A stretch of DNA of 64,000 nt from Asterias rubens. Taxonomy: Eukaryota. Numbering within the stretch: the first letter of the stretch is position 1; the number at the start of each line of letters is the position of its first letter. The stretch is from positions 2,604,001 to 2,668,000 of the forward strand of contig NC_047075.1 of assembly GCF_902459465.1 (NCBI RefSeq), given 5' to 3'. Of the stretch, positions 45,457-59,717 are shown in pieces. The translations under genes were made by a program, and so were the position numbers. The notes below the pieces were generated by a model. The model did no database searches. It saw nothing but the letters and a program-made list of their open reading frames with translations, and was not told the DNA's origin.

Positions 45457-48400
45457 TCACATGGCCATCTGTGTTTCTACAAGGTTCTTCCATCCATCCA
45501 GCGCCTGGGTGCCTTCCTCCGGGCTCTGGGGCAGGTAGACGATCGAATCGCCGATGAGCGGTTGGGCCACTTCTTGACATTTCTGGGCCGTGTTGGCGCC
45601 AGCAAATTCGAGACCTACCACTGGACCTGTGATAAAAGGGGAACAAATCTTGTTAGAACATAATGGGCCCAAATTCAATGCTGGAGTCAGTGCTCGTCAT
45701 TGAAATCTTCTTTGTAAATGATCTTTATTTGATCTCTCTATTGGTTATTTTGTTAAACTTATTAATGATTAATGAAGACTGACTGGTGCTCTAACACTAG
45801 CGGGAAAGTCTGTTTCATACTCACCATTTGTGGCAGCAGAGATGTACCTGTTATCCTCACCAAAGAGTCTGGTTACCATACCAGCATCCATGTTGACCTC
45901 TGTAGTCCGCACTAAGCTGCAACTCCCCTGATTGACCAAAACACATCAGTGAAACAACAATAAATGATAATAGGCATTATACAATAACCCGCAGCTGCTG
46001 TGTAGACCATTTGCATGTGATGTCACACGCTCAAAAACACCCTCACTGGGGTAAAGAAGTGTCATCACTGGGGTAAAAGGAGGCAAATGATTGGCGATAG
46101 CTGTTCTTTGTGCATAAGAACGTGCCTTTAACCATAAGAGACTGCCCATCCAGGGCAAAAGAGGCCGTCCCAGGTCAAAATTCCAGTTGAACCTAGTTAA
46201 CTGGGGTCAACTGGTTCAACTGGATAGTGATCAAACTCGTCCATTTTCCATATTAACCAACTGGTTTGGACTAGGTTTAACTGTGTTTAACTAGGTTGAA
46301 ATTATAAACCAGTTGGTTTCTGTCCATTTTCCATATTAGACCAACTGGTCTTAACTGTGTTTTACTAGTTTATCAACTGGTTTCAACTAGTTCCAGTTAA
46401 ACCCAGTTTAAACTAGGTTCAACTGGAATTTTGACCTGGGGTGACCTTTGACATTTAATCCTAGGTCTGGTACCAAGGCCCAGACCAGGGCAAGAGAAGC
46501 TGTGCGGCCTTTAATTTGTGGCCTTTGTTTAATTCTAGTCCTGGTTTTACTTACCTCATTTCTCATCTCATTTATGAACTTCCTTAGTCTTTGGTCTGAT
46601 GAAGGGTCTTTAAAGAAGGCGACAAGTGATGACTGAAACCAAAAATCAAAGAGACTTCTTATTTATTAGGAACGCAAGACTGGTACTCATTGCTCAACCA
46701 TTTGTCAGGCAGACATTGGCCCAATATCATAGAGCTGCTAAGCACAAAACAGTACTTAGCAAGAAATTTCTTCCTTGAAAAAAAAACAGTACTAACCAAA
46801 TTTCCATTTGTTGCATATTGCGTGTTACTGGTGTTCAGCAGTTGTCTGCTTATCCTGAAGACCATGTGGAAATTTGGTTGGTAATCCTGTTTTTATCAGG
46901 GCAAAAATGTCATGCTAATTTTGTAAGTTGAACAAACAGCATCGCGTGAGCAGTCAATAAAAAGAAAATCAACTGTGTATTTCATATTCAACGCGCATAC
47001 AGAATGGCGCGCTTGTCATCTTACGGTCCCGTCGCGTTTGTGCAAGCAGCATCACCAGTGCGCCCTCTAGTTCTTACATGTATATATATAACTCTATGAC
47101 TTCCAATCAACAAAAGGTCAAAGAAAAGGTCTAGTCCTGAATTGACATTTTCCAATGTTTCCCCCCTGTAGAAATAGTATCTATGTTTCTGAAACAAAAC
47201 TGAATGTCTGTTTCATATTATTTTTTCAGACACTTTTATAAGAAAACATTTGTGTCAAACACTGACCTTTGACCCTTTATGTTTCTTGCCACCGAGGGTC
47301 AGCGGTACAACGCTGTCATCTGCTGATGTTGAGATTGTCATGCTCTGAAATTGTTCTGTCGTTGGTAGCGGTAGGTAGTCAGATACCTCCGCACTCTGAA
47401 ACGTAAAAAGATAATCCGTCAATAAAGGAGTCGCTCCTTGAATAGAAAAAACTGTGGTCTTGCGTTTTCAAACGACTAACTATAAATCATATGTACAATT
47501 TTGTAATTGTGTTGAACTTGTCCCGGGCTTGACTTGAACATTTGTGTCCTTAAGCAAGACACTTTACCATTAATGCTTCAAAGGATGGGATGTAAAGCCC
47601 TTGATCCTGTGTTATGCCTAGCGTTCATGGTTTGATTGGGCGGCATATTGTGCCACAGCAACTTGTAAACCAATTAATAGATCTCATACTTCAAAACGTA
47701 GCTCCACATACCCTGCGCTTAGATACGCCCCTTAGGGAAGTAATAAAGAGCTCTTGAAGTCGTTCAGACACAGTACTAAAGTCGGTTTAACTCCAGGTTC
47801 AACCAGATCGAGTTCAACTCTGTGTGTCTGAACGATACTAAAGTTAGTCCGAATTGGGATAAAACCCATAAAAAATAGACCATCCAGCGAGGGGGTTTAT
47901 CTTTAAACCGCTTTGGGTTTATCTTTTAACACTGTGTGTGGACAGAATAAAAAAGACCACATCCGGTTTAACTCACAACAGACGACCCATTGACCTCCAT
48001 AATCATTACCTAAACACACGGTGACCAATGAACAGGACAATAAACCGGATGTTAGAATAACGGGGTCGCATTTGCTTTGACCTCTTAAAACCAAAGATAA
48101 ACCATATCGGGTTTAACTCAGTGCTGTCTGAACGCAAGGGGAGCAACTTTTTACAACCACCTCAAAAGTTAACCGGTTCGGGTCTAACTTAGTACTCTGT
48201 CTGAGCATACCCATGATAAGAACTTAGTAGGATTATTTGTAAAGGCGGAGTGCTTTTACTCTTTACTTGTCTTTGCATCCTCTTACCTCTGGTAACTGAG
48301 ACCAATTCTGCTCATCTGGCATAGGTGAGAAGTCATGTATCGTGTCCCATGTATTGCAGTAAGGGCTGAGGTTGCTTTTTGCAAACTGATCTGATGGAGG

Positions 48401-51400
48401 AAAACAGAAAACAAATCTTTAAAACTCATGTATTCGCTACGAAAATGTTTAAGGGCACTGTGGTCGTGATAGAATGGTCAGACAGTAGGAGGGTTGACTG
48501 TGTACTGTATAGATGAATTCACAACATGATAACTATTGCAGGCTCTCATTCAAAACTACAGTGGATGATATTGAATGGTAAGACAGTAGGAGGGTTGACT
48601 GTGTACTGTGTAGATATATTTACCACCCAATTCTAAATCTGCTGTGAGAAGACCTATCGAACTTGACAATGTTTTCGCGGAGGGTGATAGTCTTGAATTA
48701 ATTCCTGGAGATAGTCTGGTGCTGATCTCACTGTGAACGGCCTGGATGTGTGATTTCTCTACAGACATGACAGAAATCATTGTATTTGTACAGAAATCAC
48801 ATCCAGGCCGTTCACAGTGTCTGTGTTAGTCTGTGTGGGTGAGTGTTAGGACTTTGAAAACTATCTGTGATACCATACCATACGTTTCTGACCTGTGAGC
48901 TCCCGGTAGTTGAACCGCTCACCCTTAATAATAATAATAATAAAATTTTTGGGGGCTAATGATCCTTACTCGCAGATAAGAGCTGAATTGCGAAGGACGC
49001 GGCTACAACATGTTCAAGAAGCAGGCACGCAAGAGTGCATTTAGCTGCCAGCCACATCAACCTATTATGACCTTTGAGCACAGCCAAGATCGAAAGTGTT
49101 TGGTTTTTCCCGAGGGAGGAAAACCGGATAGTCTGGAAAACCCTTGTGGCACAGCAGAGAACCAATGCACAACTCAACTCACATATGGCCCTGGCCGGGA
49201 ATCGAACCGGGTCACCTTGGTGAGTGGTGAGCGCTTTACGCACAAGCCAACTATGTCACCCAGTGAGCTAAATTGGATTGAGAGCCCACCACTAAAAACA
49301 ATCAAGCTACAACAGTAACCTCACCATGCCATTGCCTTCGTTGCCGCTGGTCTTGGCCTTGGTGCCCATCAAAAGTTTCCCATTGACTTTAAGGCTGGAC
49401 CGATACATGTACTTCACGGAGGCAACGAAGGTGATTGCCTCCATGCCCGCTGGTCATTGCCTTGGTGCCCCTTGAAATGCTCCAGTAGAAATTGAAAGGG
49501 TGCCCTTTACTATGGAGAAAATGCCTTGGTGCCCTTGCCCTTTCAAAAACGAAGCATAGAGATTGTATTTCATCCTTTTGCTAAGCAACTTTTTTCTTAC
49601 CTGCAAGTTCCGGGTAGTGATACTGGAAGCATCCGAATCGTATCTTGGTAGATGTCTCTATGATTGGCTGGGAGCTGCAGTGAAGAAAGACGTCGATTGA
49701 CTTGCAATCTCGAGTACGGAACTGCTGGCAGGCGATGACCGCTTTGCAATTCGTACAGTTGCGCAGAAATATGCTGCAGAACACACATAATAAAAGAAGA
49801 ATTATAAATCGAGTGTTGTGAGAATGGACACACTAAAACAAATCCACACCCAAGAAAAAAATATGCATCTGTGATGCCAAAATCAGGCATTTCTCTGAAA
49901 TTTTCAAATGTGAATTTTTTTTCACAGGACTTTGTATGGGTAAAACAAAATAATATTTTCTTTCTCCGATGCAAACAAATTTGTTGTTGCAGTACCTGCT
50001 GCTAAAGTATAGGATAACTGCCTGTACACCTGATTACCTGGCAATTTCGACGGTCTAGTGAGACGCAGCTCTAGAATGCAAATGTTGTGGGTTCGAATCC
50101 CCAGGATACAGGACTCGCGTGCTTTTTGCACTAATACAAACAAACAGTTGGTAGAGTGCTGGAACCTTAATGCAGAGGCGACAGGTTCTAGTCAACCAGA
50201 TATTTCTCATCCTGCACCTTTTGACTTACCTTCCTTTTATGGGACCCAGGAATATGTTGCAGTCTTGGCACTTGTCGATTGTGATCGTCGCTGAGTGGTC
50301 AAAGATGTAGATGTTACAGTTCTGGGTTAGGGAAACAAATGAGAGTCTATTTGTCAAAGACTAGCCTTCAGTTTTGGTGTATCTCAACATATGCATAAAA
50401 TAACTAACGTGTGAAAATTTGAGCTCAATCGGTCATCGAAGTTGCGAGATAATAATGAAAGAAAAAAACACCATTGTCACACAAAGTTGTGTGCGTTTAC
50501 AATGTAGATGGTTGATTTCGAGACCTCAAGTTCTAAATCTGAGGTCTCGAAATCAGATTCGTGGAAATTTAGTTCTTTCTCGAAAACTATGGCACTTCAG
50601 AAGGAGCCATTTCTCACAATGTTTTATACCATCAACCTCTCCCCATTAATCGTCACCAAGAAAGGTTTTTATGCTAATAATTATTTTGGGTAATTACCAA
50701 TAGTGTCCATTGCCTTTTAATCATACAGCAGCACAAACAAGTTACAAAGTGGCAAAGACAAATTGGGCGGTCGGTTTTGTGTAGTGGTATCTTTCCTCTT
50801 GGACCCTGGTTCGAATCCTGCTGGGGGCAGTATGTGGAATTTGGTTTCAGTCCCTACCCGACTGCATAGGTTTTCCCGGGAATTATTTTGGGGGGGTTTC
50901 CACCCACATTCACGTCTATTTATAACCGGAAGTCCCTTTTCTGCTTTTAGAGGAGCTACATTCCTGCATGCTGGACCAGCCGTCGATTTCACCAAACTCT
51001 TCCTTCCTAAAACTTAGGATAAATCTAAGGACTTAGGACGAGTTAAGTTCCGTATCCATAAATGTTAGGACGCATCGAACACATCTCATTCTAACTCGAG
51101 ATAGGATTAATCGTAGCATTTTGAAATTGGCTGCAGGCCATCTGGAACAAGACCACTAGGCAGATGAAATCAGTGGTTGGTTGCATGTAGCGTGGCCAAG
51201 ATCAAGATCACTCGAAATGCCGCTTGGCTTAGACTCGATTGAGTACATTAAATGGCCCACTGGATAACGCCAGGACAAATCTGTCTTAACTGCACAGTAA
51301 GAAAGTTGTGCGACTAAATACATTAGAACTAACAGATGTGCACACCAACCTGACAATTCTTAATAATGAACTGCTGGCCGTCCACTTTGCCTGGTACCCG

Positions 51401-54400
51401 GCCTACTGTCTCCCCGTTGAGGTCTTCAATTTTGTAGTCTTTCGGGTCTGGACGATCTTTACGGTCCCTGGACATAACAAACAAGAATCAAAACAAAAAG
51501 TCAGTTAGCAGTTAGCATTGTTTATCATCTTCATGTCGGAAGGACTGTCTGCAAAATTTTAAACAGCGCGCCCACTCACAATTTCAAACTTATATGACCA
51601 ATGTTATTTATGTTTAACACTTTCAAAGTCGTCTTCAAGCCTTGTAATTTATGTTTTTGTTAAGTATGAGGTGCCACTTCAAAATGTTCCTATAGACTTC
51701 AAGAATTTATAATGAAACCGCCCTTTGTTAAATAGATGGCCTGGCCCTGCCCTCTCATCAAAGTTGAAATTCAAGGCTTGAACATTTTTAATGTACACAC
51801 CTCTGATTGCACACAACACCCCAGCAGCTACGTAGTGACATATCCACAGCAACTTCTCAATACACACTGACTGGATTGTCATAAACTGGTTTTGGGGTCA
51901 TGTCCCATTTTCCACGGAATTGGCCAGCGTATTTTGTTATATTTTGGCGGTGAACGATTTCCCTTGGAGAGCAGAGCAAAATGCTATGCAAAATGTGTCA
52001 TTTGCTACTCAAAGCATTCACTGTGCACAAAATCTGTTCAGTCAAAATGTTTTCCTATATATATATATATGCAAAATTGCCAGATGAAATTGTTCCCTGT
52101 ATGGCATGTATTTTGTTATTGCACTTGTAGAAAAAAAAGAGGCAATCAGTAAATCAGCTGAGCCATCTCATGCTTGAAGACAATTGTGTGGTCTTGATCC
52201 TCGCCTTGGAACAGAAAGACTTTAAGACGATGTCAGGATAAGCAAAACAAAGTTGTTTCCTTCTTCATCGACTCCTTGGCATTGTTGATGAGTTGGGTGT
52301 GGAAACGAGAAAACCAGCAAAAGATGCAAAGGAACGTGAAGATTGACATTTCGTTGTACACCAAGTTGATCTTCAATTCTTCATGAGAATGTTTAGTGCC
52401 ACTCCAAAATATATCCAAACGAAAATGGGCTATACTCTGTTCTATCCCAATTCTTAGCCATCAGCAGAACTCAAAGAGAATTTGAAGAAAATACATGTTT
52501 CTGCCTGTACAAATAGGCCTATAGATGTATGACAACCGAGAGTAGCAAGAGTATTTTTCTTGGCCAATAAAATGAGAACAGACTGAAATGCTGAATACTA
52601 CTTGTAGCATGCTTGTAGTAACAGTACTAATACTGTTCTACAATCTGCGATTCCCTGCCGTCAACCGGCTTCCAAATACATGTATGAGCCTGTACAAATT
52701 TGTTTATGACAACCGACACGCAGCCAGTGAATCATGTAATGTACATGTAGCCGTACATACAATGAAATCTGCTTTGTAACGCCAGGGTTGTCAAGATTCA
52801 TTATAAAAGCTTTTCCACTTCAATGACTTTGCTTTGCTTTTGACTTGAGCATCTAATCAAATATCCTGCGAGGGACCACTTTCTTTGTGTGTTTATGTAC
52901 ACATGATGTATGGAGACCATGCTTTAATCAAATCCCCATTGTTTGACTGTCAACAAAATGTTTGCATAGAGTTCAATGCAGTAGTCTTGGGTCCAATTTC
53001 ATAGAGACCTCTGCTTAAAGCATAAAGTATTGCTTAAAATAGTGGGTGAGTTCGATAAGCTTCCCTGGGTCGACCCCGCAGTGCTCACTCGGGTGAGCCC
53101 CTGACAAGAGCTAATCGAACGATCACACTCGCCCACTCGTGGTGACGGCATGCTTCTCAGGTCACCCCAAAGTGACCCACTCCACAAGCAGGGCACTGGG
53201 GGCTTACCCGGGTGAGCCCCGTCAAAGCTATTCGAACGTACCGGGGAAGACCGGGGTCAACCCAGGGAAGCTAAACGAATGCACACAGTATAGTCAATGT
53301 TTTTTTTGCTGCTAAGCAGAAATGAGCAGTTACCAGCCACAAATTGTACATGTGACATGGTAGTTTGGCTGGTTACCTTATATATTCTGTTTAACATAAT
53401 TTTGTTGTGATAGGCCATTAGGCCTATGTGTATCCAAGGTCAAGTCCTAGACCCAATTGGATGGATCATAGAGTGGACATACAACATGTAGTGAGTTAAA
53501 CCAACGGTTCATTAGAGACAGTTATTACATGCCGCAAACCTGCCCATATCGTATTTCCACCATGCAAAGTTTCAAATCCTACTTACATGTAGCTGCCTTC
53601 AAGCAGAGTTGAAGTATTGCTTACATTGTAAATGTGTTTTGCTAAGCAGGAATAAGCAGAGTACCAGTCAAAATTGTTTATACATGTGACATGATATTTT
53701 GCCTGATAACCTTATTCTGATACTAAGCATTGGTGCGCTGAGCTACTTTTTTTTCAGAAGGGCCTATTTTCAAGTTACATTATTTCATGTGGTCATTTCA
53801 TTCCTGCACCTGAACAAAGAACCCCAAGTTAAAGGCAGCAGACACTACTGGTAATTACTCAAAATAGTTATTAGCATAAAACCTCACGGGTAATGGGGGG
53901 AGGTTGATAGTATAAAACATTGTGAGAAACGGCTCCCTCTGAAGTGAAGTAGTTTTCGAGAAAGAAGTAATTTTATATGAATTTGTTTTTGAGACCTCAG
54001 ATTTAGAATTTGAGGTCTCGAAAGCACACAACTTCGTGTGACAAGGGTGATTTTTCTTACATTATTATCTCGCAACTTCAAAGACCAATCGAGCTCAAAT
54101 TTTCACAGGCTTGTTATTTTATGCATATGTTGAGATACACCAAGTGAGAAGACTGGTCTTTGACAATTACCAATAGTGTCCATTGTCTTTAAGAATAAAT
54201 CCTACCCATGAAGACCCCTCATTTCACCACTGTGACAAAAACCATGACCCTGCCTTTAGAAGGGGGGAACTGTGCACATTTCATTTTGATAACACATGCA
54301 TCAAATCAAGAAAGTAGGCAGCACACGTAGCCTATGTAATTTATGTGTAAACGACAAAACCCTATTTAAAGCAATTGAAGCCACTTGCTTACACTGAACC

Positions 54401-57400
54401 TCATTTCCCGTATCCCATTCTGAGCCAGTTCATGGGAATTTCAGTCGAGCAGCAACAGCTGTTTCTATGGAAACAAAGTAGTTTTTTTCATCAGTGTTCC
54501 CTGAAGGGAAATTCGAAACACACCGGCCAGTGTACATGGAGTATTAGGCCAAGTAAAAAAAAATACCAGATGATCATCCAGGTTTTTCAAAAAAAGAGAA
54601 GGAAAGCCTTTTTTTATTTGTTATTTCTTTTAAAGGTGGCTGCCAAGTTAATTCAAATTGGCCACCAGTTCTTCAAATTGGCCACCAGTTCTTCAGCCTA
54701 AAGTCACCCCTTACATTTGTAGTGTTACAAAGTTTAAAAGATTAGTGAGTTTATGAAAAATACACAGAAATGTCTTTTTGGAGAAAAAATAAAAAAATGA
54801 TGCGGCCTCAAAAATGGATGAGGTAGGGGACGATCAACTGGCATTTTTTTTATATTTGGCCTTTAATGGTGAGAATAACAAGAACTGGAACTGACAACTG
54901 AAGGGAAATGGCTATTCATGCAGGCTGTCATTTTAAATTTCATGCGTGGTCTTTGAATGTCTCTTTTCAAACTGTCCCGTAGCTCTGTGTGTACTAAGGA
55001 ATATTGTCTTGGGCATAGTGATAGCGAAAGGGGTGTCTGTGTGTCTTTTTAAAGGCAGTGGACACTTTTGGTAATTACTCAAAATAATTTACTGGCATTT
55101 AAAACCTTTCTTGGTGGCGAGTAATGGGGAGAGGTTGATGGTATAAAACATTGTGAGAAACGGCTCCCTCTGAAGTGCCATAGTTTTTGAGAAAGAAGTA
55201 ATTTTCCACGAATTTGATTTCGAGACCTCAGATTTAGAACTTGAGGTCTCGAAATCAACAATCTAAACGCACACAACTTCGTTTGACAAGTGTTATTTTT
55301 CTTTCATTATTAACTCGCAACTTCGATGACCGATTGAGCTCAAATTGTCACAGGTTTGTTATTTTATGCATATGTTGAGATACACCAACTGTGAAGGCTA
55401 GTCTTTGACAATTACCAATAGTGTCTACTGCCTTTAACACCCCGTTTTACATTTGGACACCCTGTTAGTGTGTTGACACCCTGTTTTATCTGTAATTAGG
55501 ATAATGTAGTATTGTAAACAATTTGGACACCCAGTTTTGGGATTTCCAACACATTCAGACACCCTTTCAGGCCTGTATGCTTCATTTTTGAAAGGGCAAG
55601 GGCACCAAGGCATTTTCTTCTTGGCAAAGGGCACCCTATGAGGAAATTGTGAATTTCTACTGGAGCATTTCAAGTGCACCAAGGCAAGGCAATCGCCTCC
55701 GTTGCCTCCGTGAACTATCAGGCCTGCCCTCTTACAAAATCATTTACACATGTCACACAAAGGACTGCTGCCTCTTTGTGCCCTGGCTTTTGCATTGGTG
55801 CCCCTTTGAAATTTAGAAAAATTACAAAAATATTCTATTAGGAAAAGGGCCATGCCTTTTATATAAAACTGGTCCGCTTCAGGATTAAAAACCCTTCATG
55901 TTACCCATGCAGATTATTTTCAGTCAAAAAGTAACCTTTTCAAGCCATTTTGTTTTTTATGAATGTTTGGACACCCATACATGCCATAGAAATAACTTTG
56001 AAGCATTTAGCTTTTGTCAAGTTTGTGCCAATAAATGCAATTTACTAAAGCGGATGAAATACATACCCTATTGTCCCATGTCATACCAGTTCTGACAAAG
56101 TCTGAGTATAATGTAGCTTGTTTTACAGCTATCTCATCAGGGTGTTGGTTTTACAGTCTACATTCCAAAATAGTAATAGTTTGAACTAACAAATATTATG
56201 CATTATTAAAATTCCTACACTGGGATCACTATCATCCCATGCTAAGCTTGGGCAATATCACGATATTATCGAATATCGCGATATTAATTTGGAAACGATT
56301 TCAATATCGGATGGATTTGGTTTTAATCGAAATATCGATATATCCTATATATCGCGATATATCGCGATATCGATTAAATATTGCGATGTATTTGCTAGCT
56401 TAGACATCTTGCACCCCATGGGTTTGGAGTAAAACCAGAAGAATAGGTCATTAGAACAACTCTCTTATGCTATGACTGTCTCTTCTACAACTTTCACTTG
56501 GAGTTTGAAGACTGATGATGTCAAATTTAATTAATCGCGATTATATCGAATATCGCGATATATTGTCGGCGATACATCGTGAATAAAATAAATCGATATC
56601 GCCCAAGCTTACATCCCATGCACATTAAGCCAAACTGTGTAATCTGGGGCATTCTGAACAATATTATCTTTATGATATTGTGAATTTGATCTGAACGGAA
56701 CAAAAACAGTTTGTTTACGTATTAGCCCTGATTCACACTTATCGGCTCGATCACTGTAGCTTACAAGTGCATGGAGAGAAACATGAGGTGCCCTTTTAGA
56801 CATGTAAGAAAGGAAAAGAAACGCCTCGCCCAAAAAGAACAAAGTATGAGTTCTGGGAACATACAGTTGACACATTTTCTGAAATTTATTTCACTTCAAG
56901 TTTTAACTTAATTTTGTTGAAGAACAATTTTTACTTTCTAAATATCTACTGCATGGATCCACTGCAAACTGCACCCTTATTTTTTATCTTTTTCTTTTTT
57001 CTGTTGAAATCTGACAATATGTTTAGGCCTGCTACAAATTTGACATGAAAATAAATAACCAAGCACACAGACTTTGAAAGTGTTTTTGGTGAGGCCAAGA
57101 CAAGGGCAACAACAGAGTCCATGGGCTCTGTAATTTTGTGCGCTGTTCAATGACTGCTTTTTGGAGCTTCCTCTTGATGAAGAGAATGCAATTGTCCAGG
57201 CAGGGGTCCAGGGGGGCAGGGCTGGATTTCACATAGTTCCGATAACATCGAAGCCGGAGGGTTACAATCAGGTTTTGTCGCAAAATAGGAATTTTGCCAC
57301 ACAATGACCTGCACGCAGCGCTACGATCATTGGGCAAGCACAGGCCTGTATGCTTCGTTTTTGTAAGGGCAAGGGCACCAAGGCATTTACTCTTTGGCAA

Positions 57401-58863
57401 AGGGCACCCTATGAGGAAATTGTAAATTTCTACTGGAGCATTTCAAGGGCACCAAGGCAATGGCAAGGGGCAACGGAGGCAATCGCCTTCGTTGCTTCCT
57501 TGAAGTATCAGGCCTGCAAGCAAACACAAAGCTCCGCCCACTCAGGTTTATAATGGCAACTATGGAAATTTGTGACAACTTCGATCCGGGCTCTGGCATG
57601 TCTGGTAAGTCTTTGTCCATTTTCTTCCAAATATTTCCTCAATGGTGTTTTGAGTGTTATGGAAGGATTCCTTAGACATTGAGGATCAAGCTCGAGTTCT
57701 TAGAATTTTAATCATGGTTTTCGGAAGTGGTAAAAATGGGGCAAATCTGGTCTGTTGAAATTGTACATGTTGACCCAAATTCCTGTTTTGCGACAAAACC
57801 TGCTTGTAAACCTTTGGCTTCACCGTCGGGAAGAGGGTTATGTTATCGCAACTAGATTTCACAAAGCACTTGACTTTATTCATCTGATTAAAGGAACACG
57901 TTGCCGAGGATCGGTCGAGTTGGTCTTTGAAAAGCATTTGGAACCGTTCGTTATAAAATGCATAGTTAAAAAGATGTTTTAATAGTAGAATACAATGATC
58001 CACACAAACACGCCTCGAAATTGCACGGTTTTCCTTTTACCTCGTCGATGAACAAGGTCGGCCTTTTATGGAAGTCAAATTTTTGACTCCCATAAATGGC
58101 CGACCACCTTAGTTCGCAAAGTAAAATGAAAACTACGCAATTTCGATGCAAAATTGTGTGGATCATTGTATTCTACTTTTAAAAAATCTTTCCATCCATG
58201 CATTTTATAACACGCTTTTTATAGACCAACTCGTCCGATCCAAGGCAATGTGTTCCTTTAATAAAAATGTCTCTGTAATACTAGTGATTTGTTCTGTGAG
58301 TGTGACATCAACATCTTGCCTCCATGAAATGGCAATAATAATGTTGAATTATGATTATTCTGTAAATTAATTAAGAATAAGATTAATCATGCATAATCAT
58401 AAAGAAAGTAGCTCTAGTCTTTGTGACTTTTAAACTTAAAAACAAAACTTCTTCATTGTGTTATTGTGAAGTTGTGACTGGAGAAACCCAGGCAGGCCAC
58501 ACCCACCTCCTTCTCGTTCTTTTTGCAATGCAAGCAAATAAATTAATAACTATAAAATACCAAAATAGGCTAAAAATAAAATCAGCACAACATAATTCAA
58601 AAAGTCATAGTTTGATTCTTAATAATCCTAGAACCAACAGGTGACTTTCTTCATCCAGTTTTCTTAATCCAGAGTCAATCTTGTCAATTTCTACAAAGAA
58701 AAAGCGCCCTCTATTCTTAGAAATAGGTGATCAAGAAAGGAAAAACCGTGTAAAGTGATCATCATGATTTAAAAAAAATAAGAATTTCAGTCACTCACCA
58801 GCTGTAGACTTTCGGTGTTTCTTCCTCTTTCTTGTCCTCAGTTTTGGAACAGGGACAACCCAT
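45457..58863 (-). CDS. RP2: Retinitis pigmentosa 2 / XRP2 orthologue (ARL3 GAP; TBCC domain + NDK-like domain), 343 aa
   Basis: Nine GT-AG exons with compatible phases: 58863-58799, 51467-51350, 50321-50230, 49773-49601, 48390-48287, 47395-47267, 46632-46555, 45927-45825 and 45626-45457 (1032 nt). Motifs: N-terminal [56 protein letters not shown] and [10 protein letters not shown], collinear with vertebrate RP2. Confidence 0.96.
46168..46441. mobile_element. MITE with CCCAGGTCAAAATTCCAGTTGAACC TIRs
   Basis: Inverted GGTTCAACTGGAATTTTGACCTGGG at about 46416-46440, with internal AACTAG/AACTGG repeats. Located in an RP2 intron. Confidence 0.75.
48928..49250 (-). mobile_element. tRNA-derived SINE with (TTA)n tail
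   Basis: Minus-strand head with B-box GGTTCGATTCCC, central GGTTTTCCTCCCTCGGGAAAAACC and a 3' (TTA)n tail at about 48928-48945. Confidence 0.75.
55053..55433. mobile_element. Kolobok-like MITE family 1 in RP2 intron 1
   Basis: Full length with TTAA flanks. Another copy lies at 53833-54188. Confidence 0.8.
56243..56611. mobile_element. MITE with TAAGCTTGGGC(A/G)ATATC TIRs, ATATCG-rich body and a 10-bp flanking direct repeat
   Basis: CATCCCATGC at 56233-56242 and 56612-56621. TIRs match at 16 of 17 positions. Confidence 0.8.
57342..57516. mobile_element. CAGGCCTG-ended MITE family (GGGCAAGGGCACCAAGGCATTT body)
   Basis: Copies at about 49320-49560, 55568-55728, 60608-60783 and 63530-63708. 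Confidence 0.7.
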
Positions 58864-59717
58864 TTCGACCTTAACTACTTCCACAACTTCTAATCAAGTA
58901 AAAAGGAAATCGGTCAACGAAAAATGAAGAAATTTGATGTTTTCCTTTTTTGACAGTAGTCGAAAATGATAAAGCAGCGTCTTTTTCCAAGGGCACCATC
59001 AACAACATTAATTACGTCTGGTGCCCCGTCGTCGTCATATTTCAACAGACATGATATTCAGGGGAACAGGTTAAACAAATCGTATGGCACATACCATTTT
59101 AATTGAGGGTAAACATTTATTATTCCTAAATTTGATTTGGATAAAAAATTATTTTTCACACTAGAAAACACGCCAAATTTACTTCGTAATAATCAATTAA
59201 GATTATTTATTACAAATGATAACTTTTAAAAAAATATTTTTTCAAGAACATTTACCGACAAATTAAATACTATATTCGACATTTTCTGTCAAAAACAATG
59301 AAATATCCCGAGGGTGATGTAGTTTTTACACGGGTACTCGGCCACTCGTCATGATGTACGTTATACAATGAAAAGGGGTTTGGTGACCAGGGAAAGTGGG
59401 AGCCGTATGTTTACATCATGAAAAGAAATTCATTTCGTTCGTGCAGCAAAGTGAAAGAGGAACTAGTGCATGTATGATGATGATTTGAAAGGTAAATATT
59501 GCAATAAAATAACTCATTTTCTCACATATTTTGTCCCCGTTTATGACACAGAAAGGAATTTTGTCATCCTTGTTTATCAGGTTATAATTCGGATGAAATC
59601 AAGAAAGTGGCAGCGTGTGCATTTTTATGTTTGTAAATCTTTTATTTTTTTTTAATCTTGTTTTTTCTCGTCACGTGAATTTTGTTTCAGTTCAGCAGTC
59701 CGGTTTTCACTTTCTTA

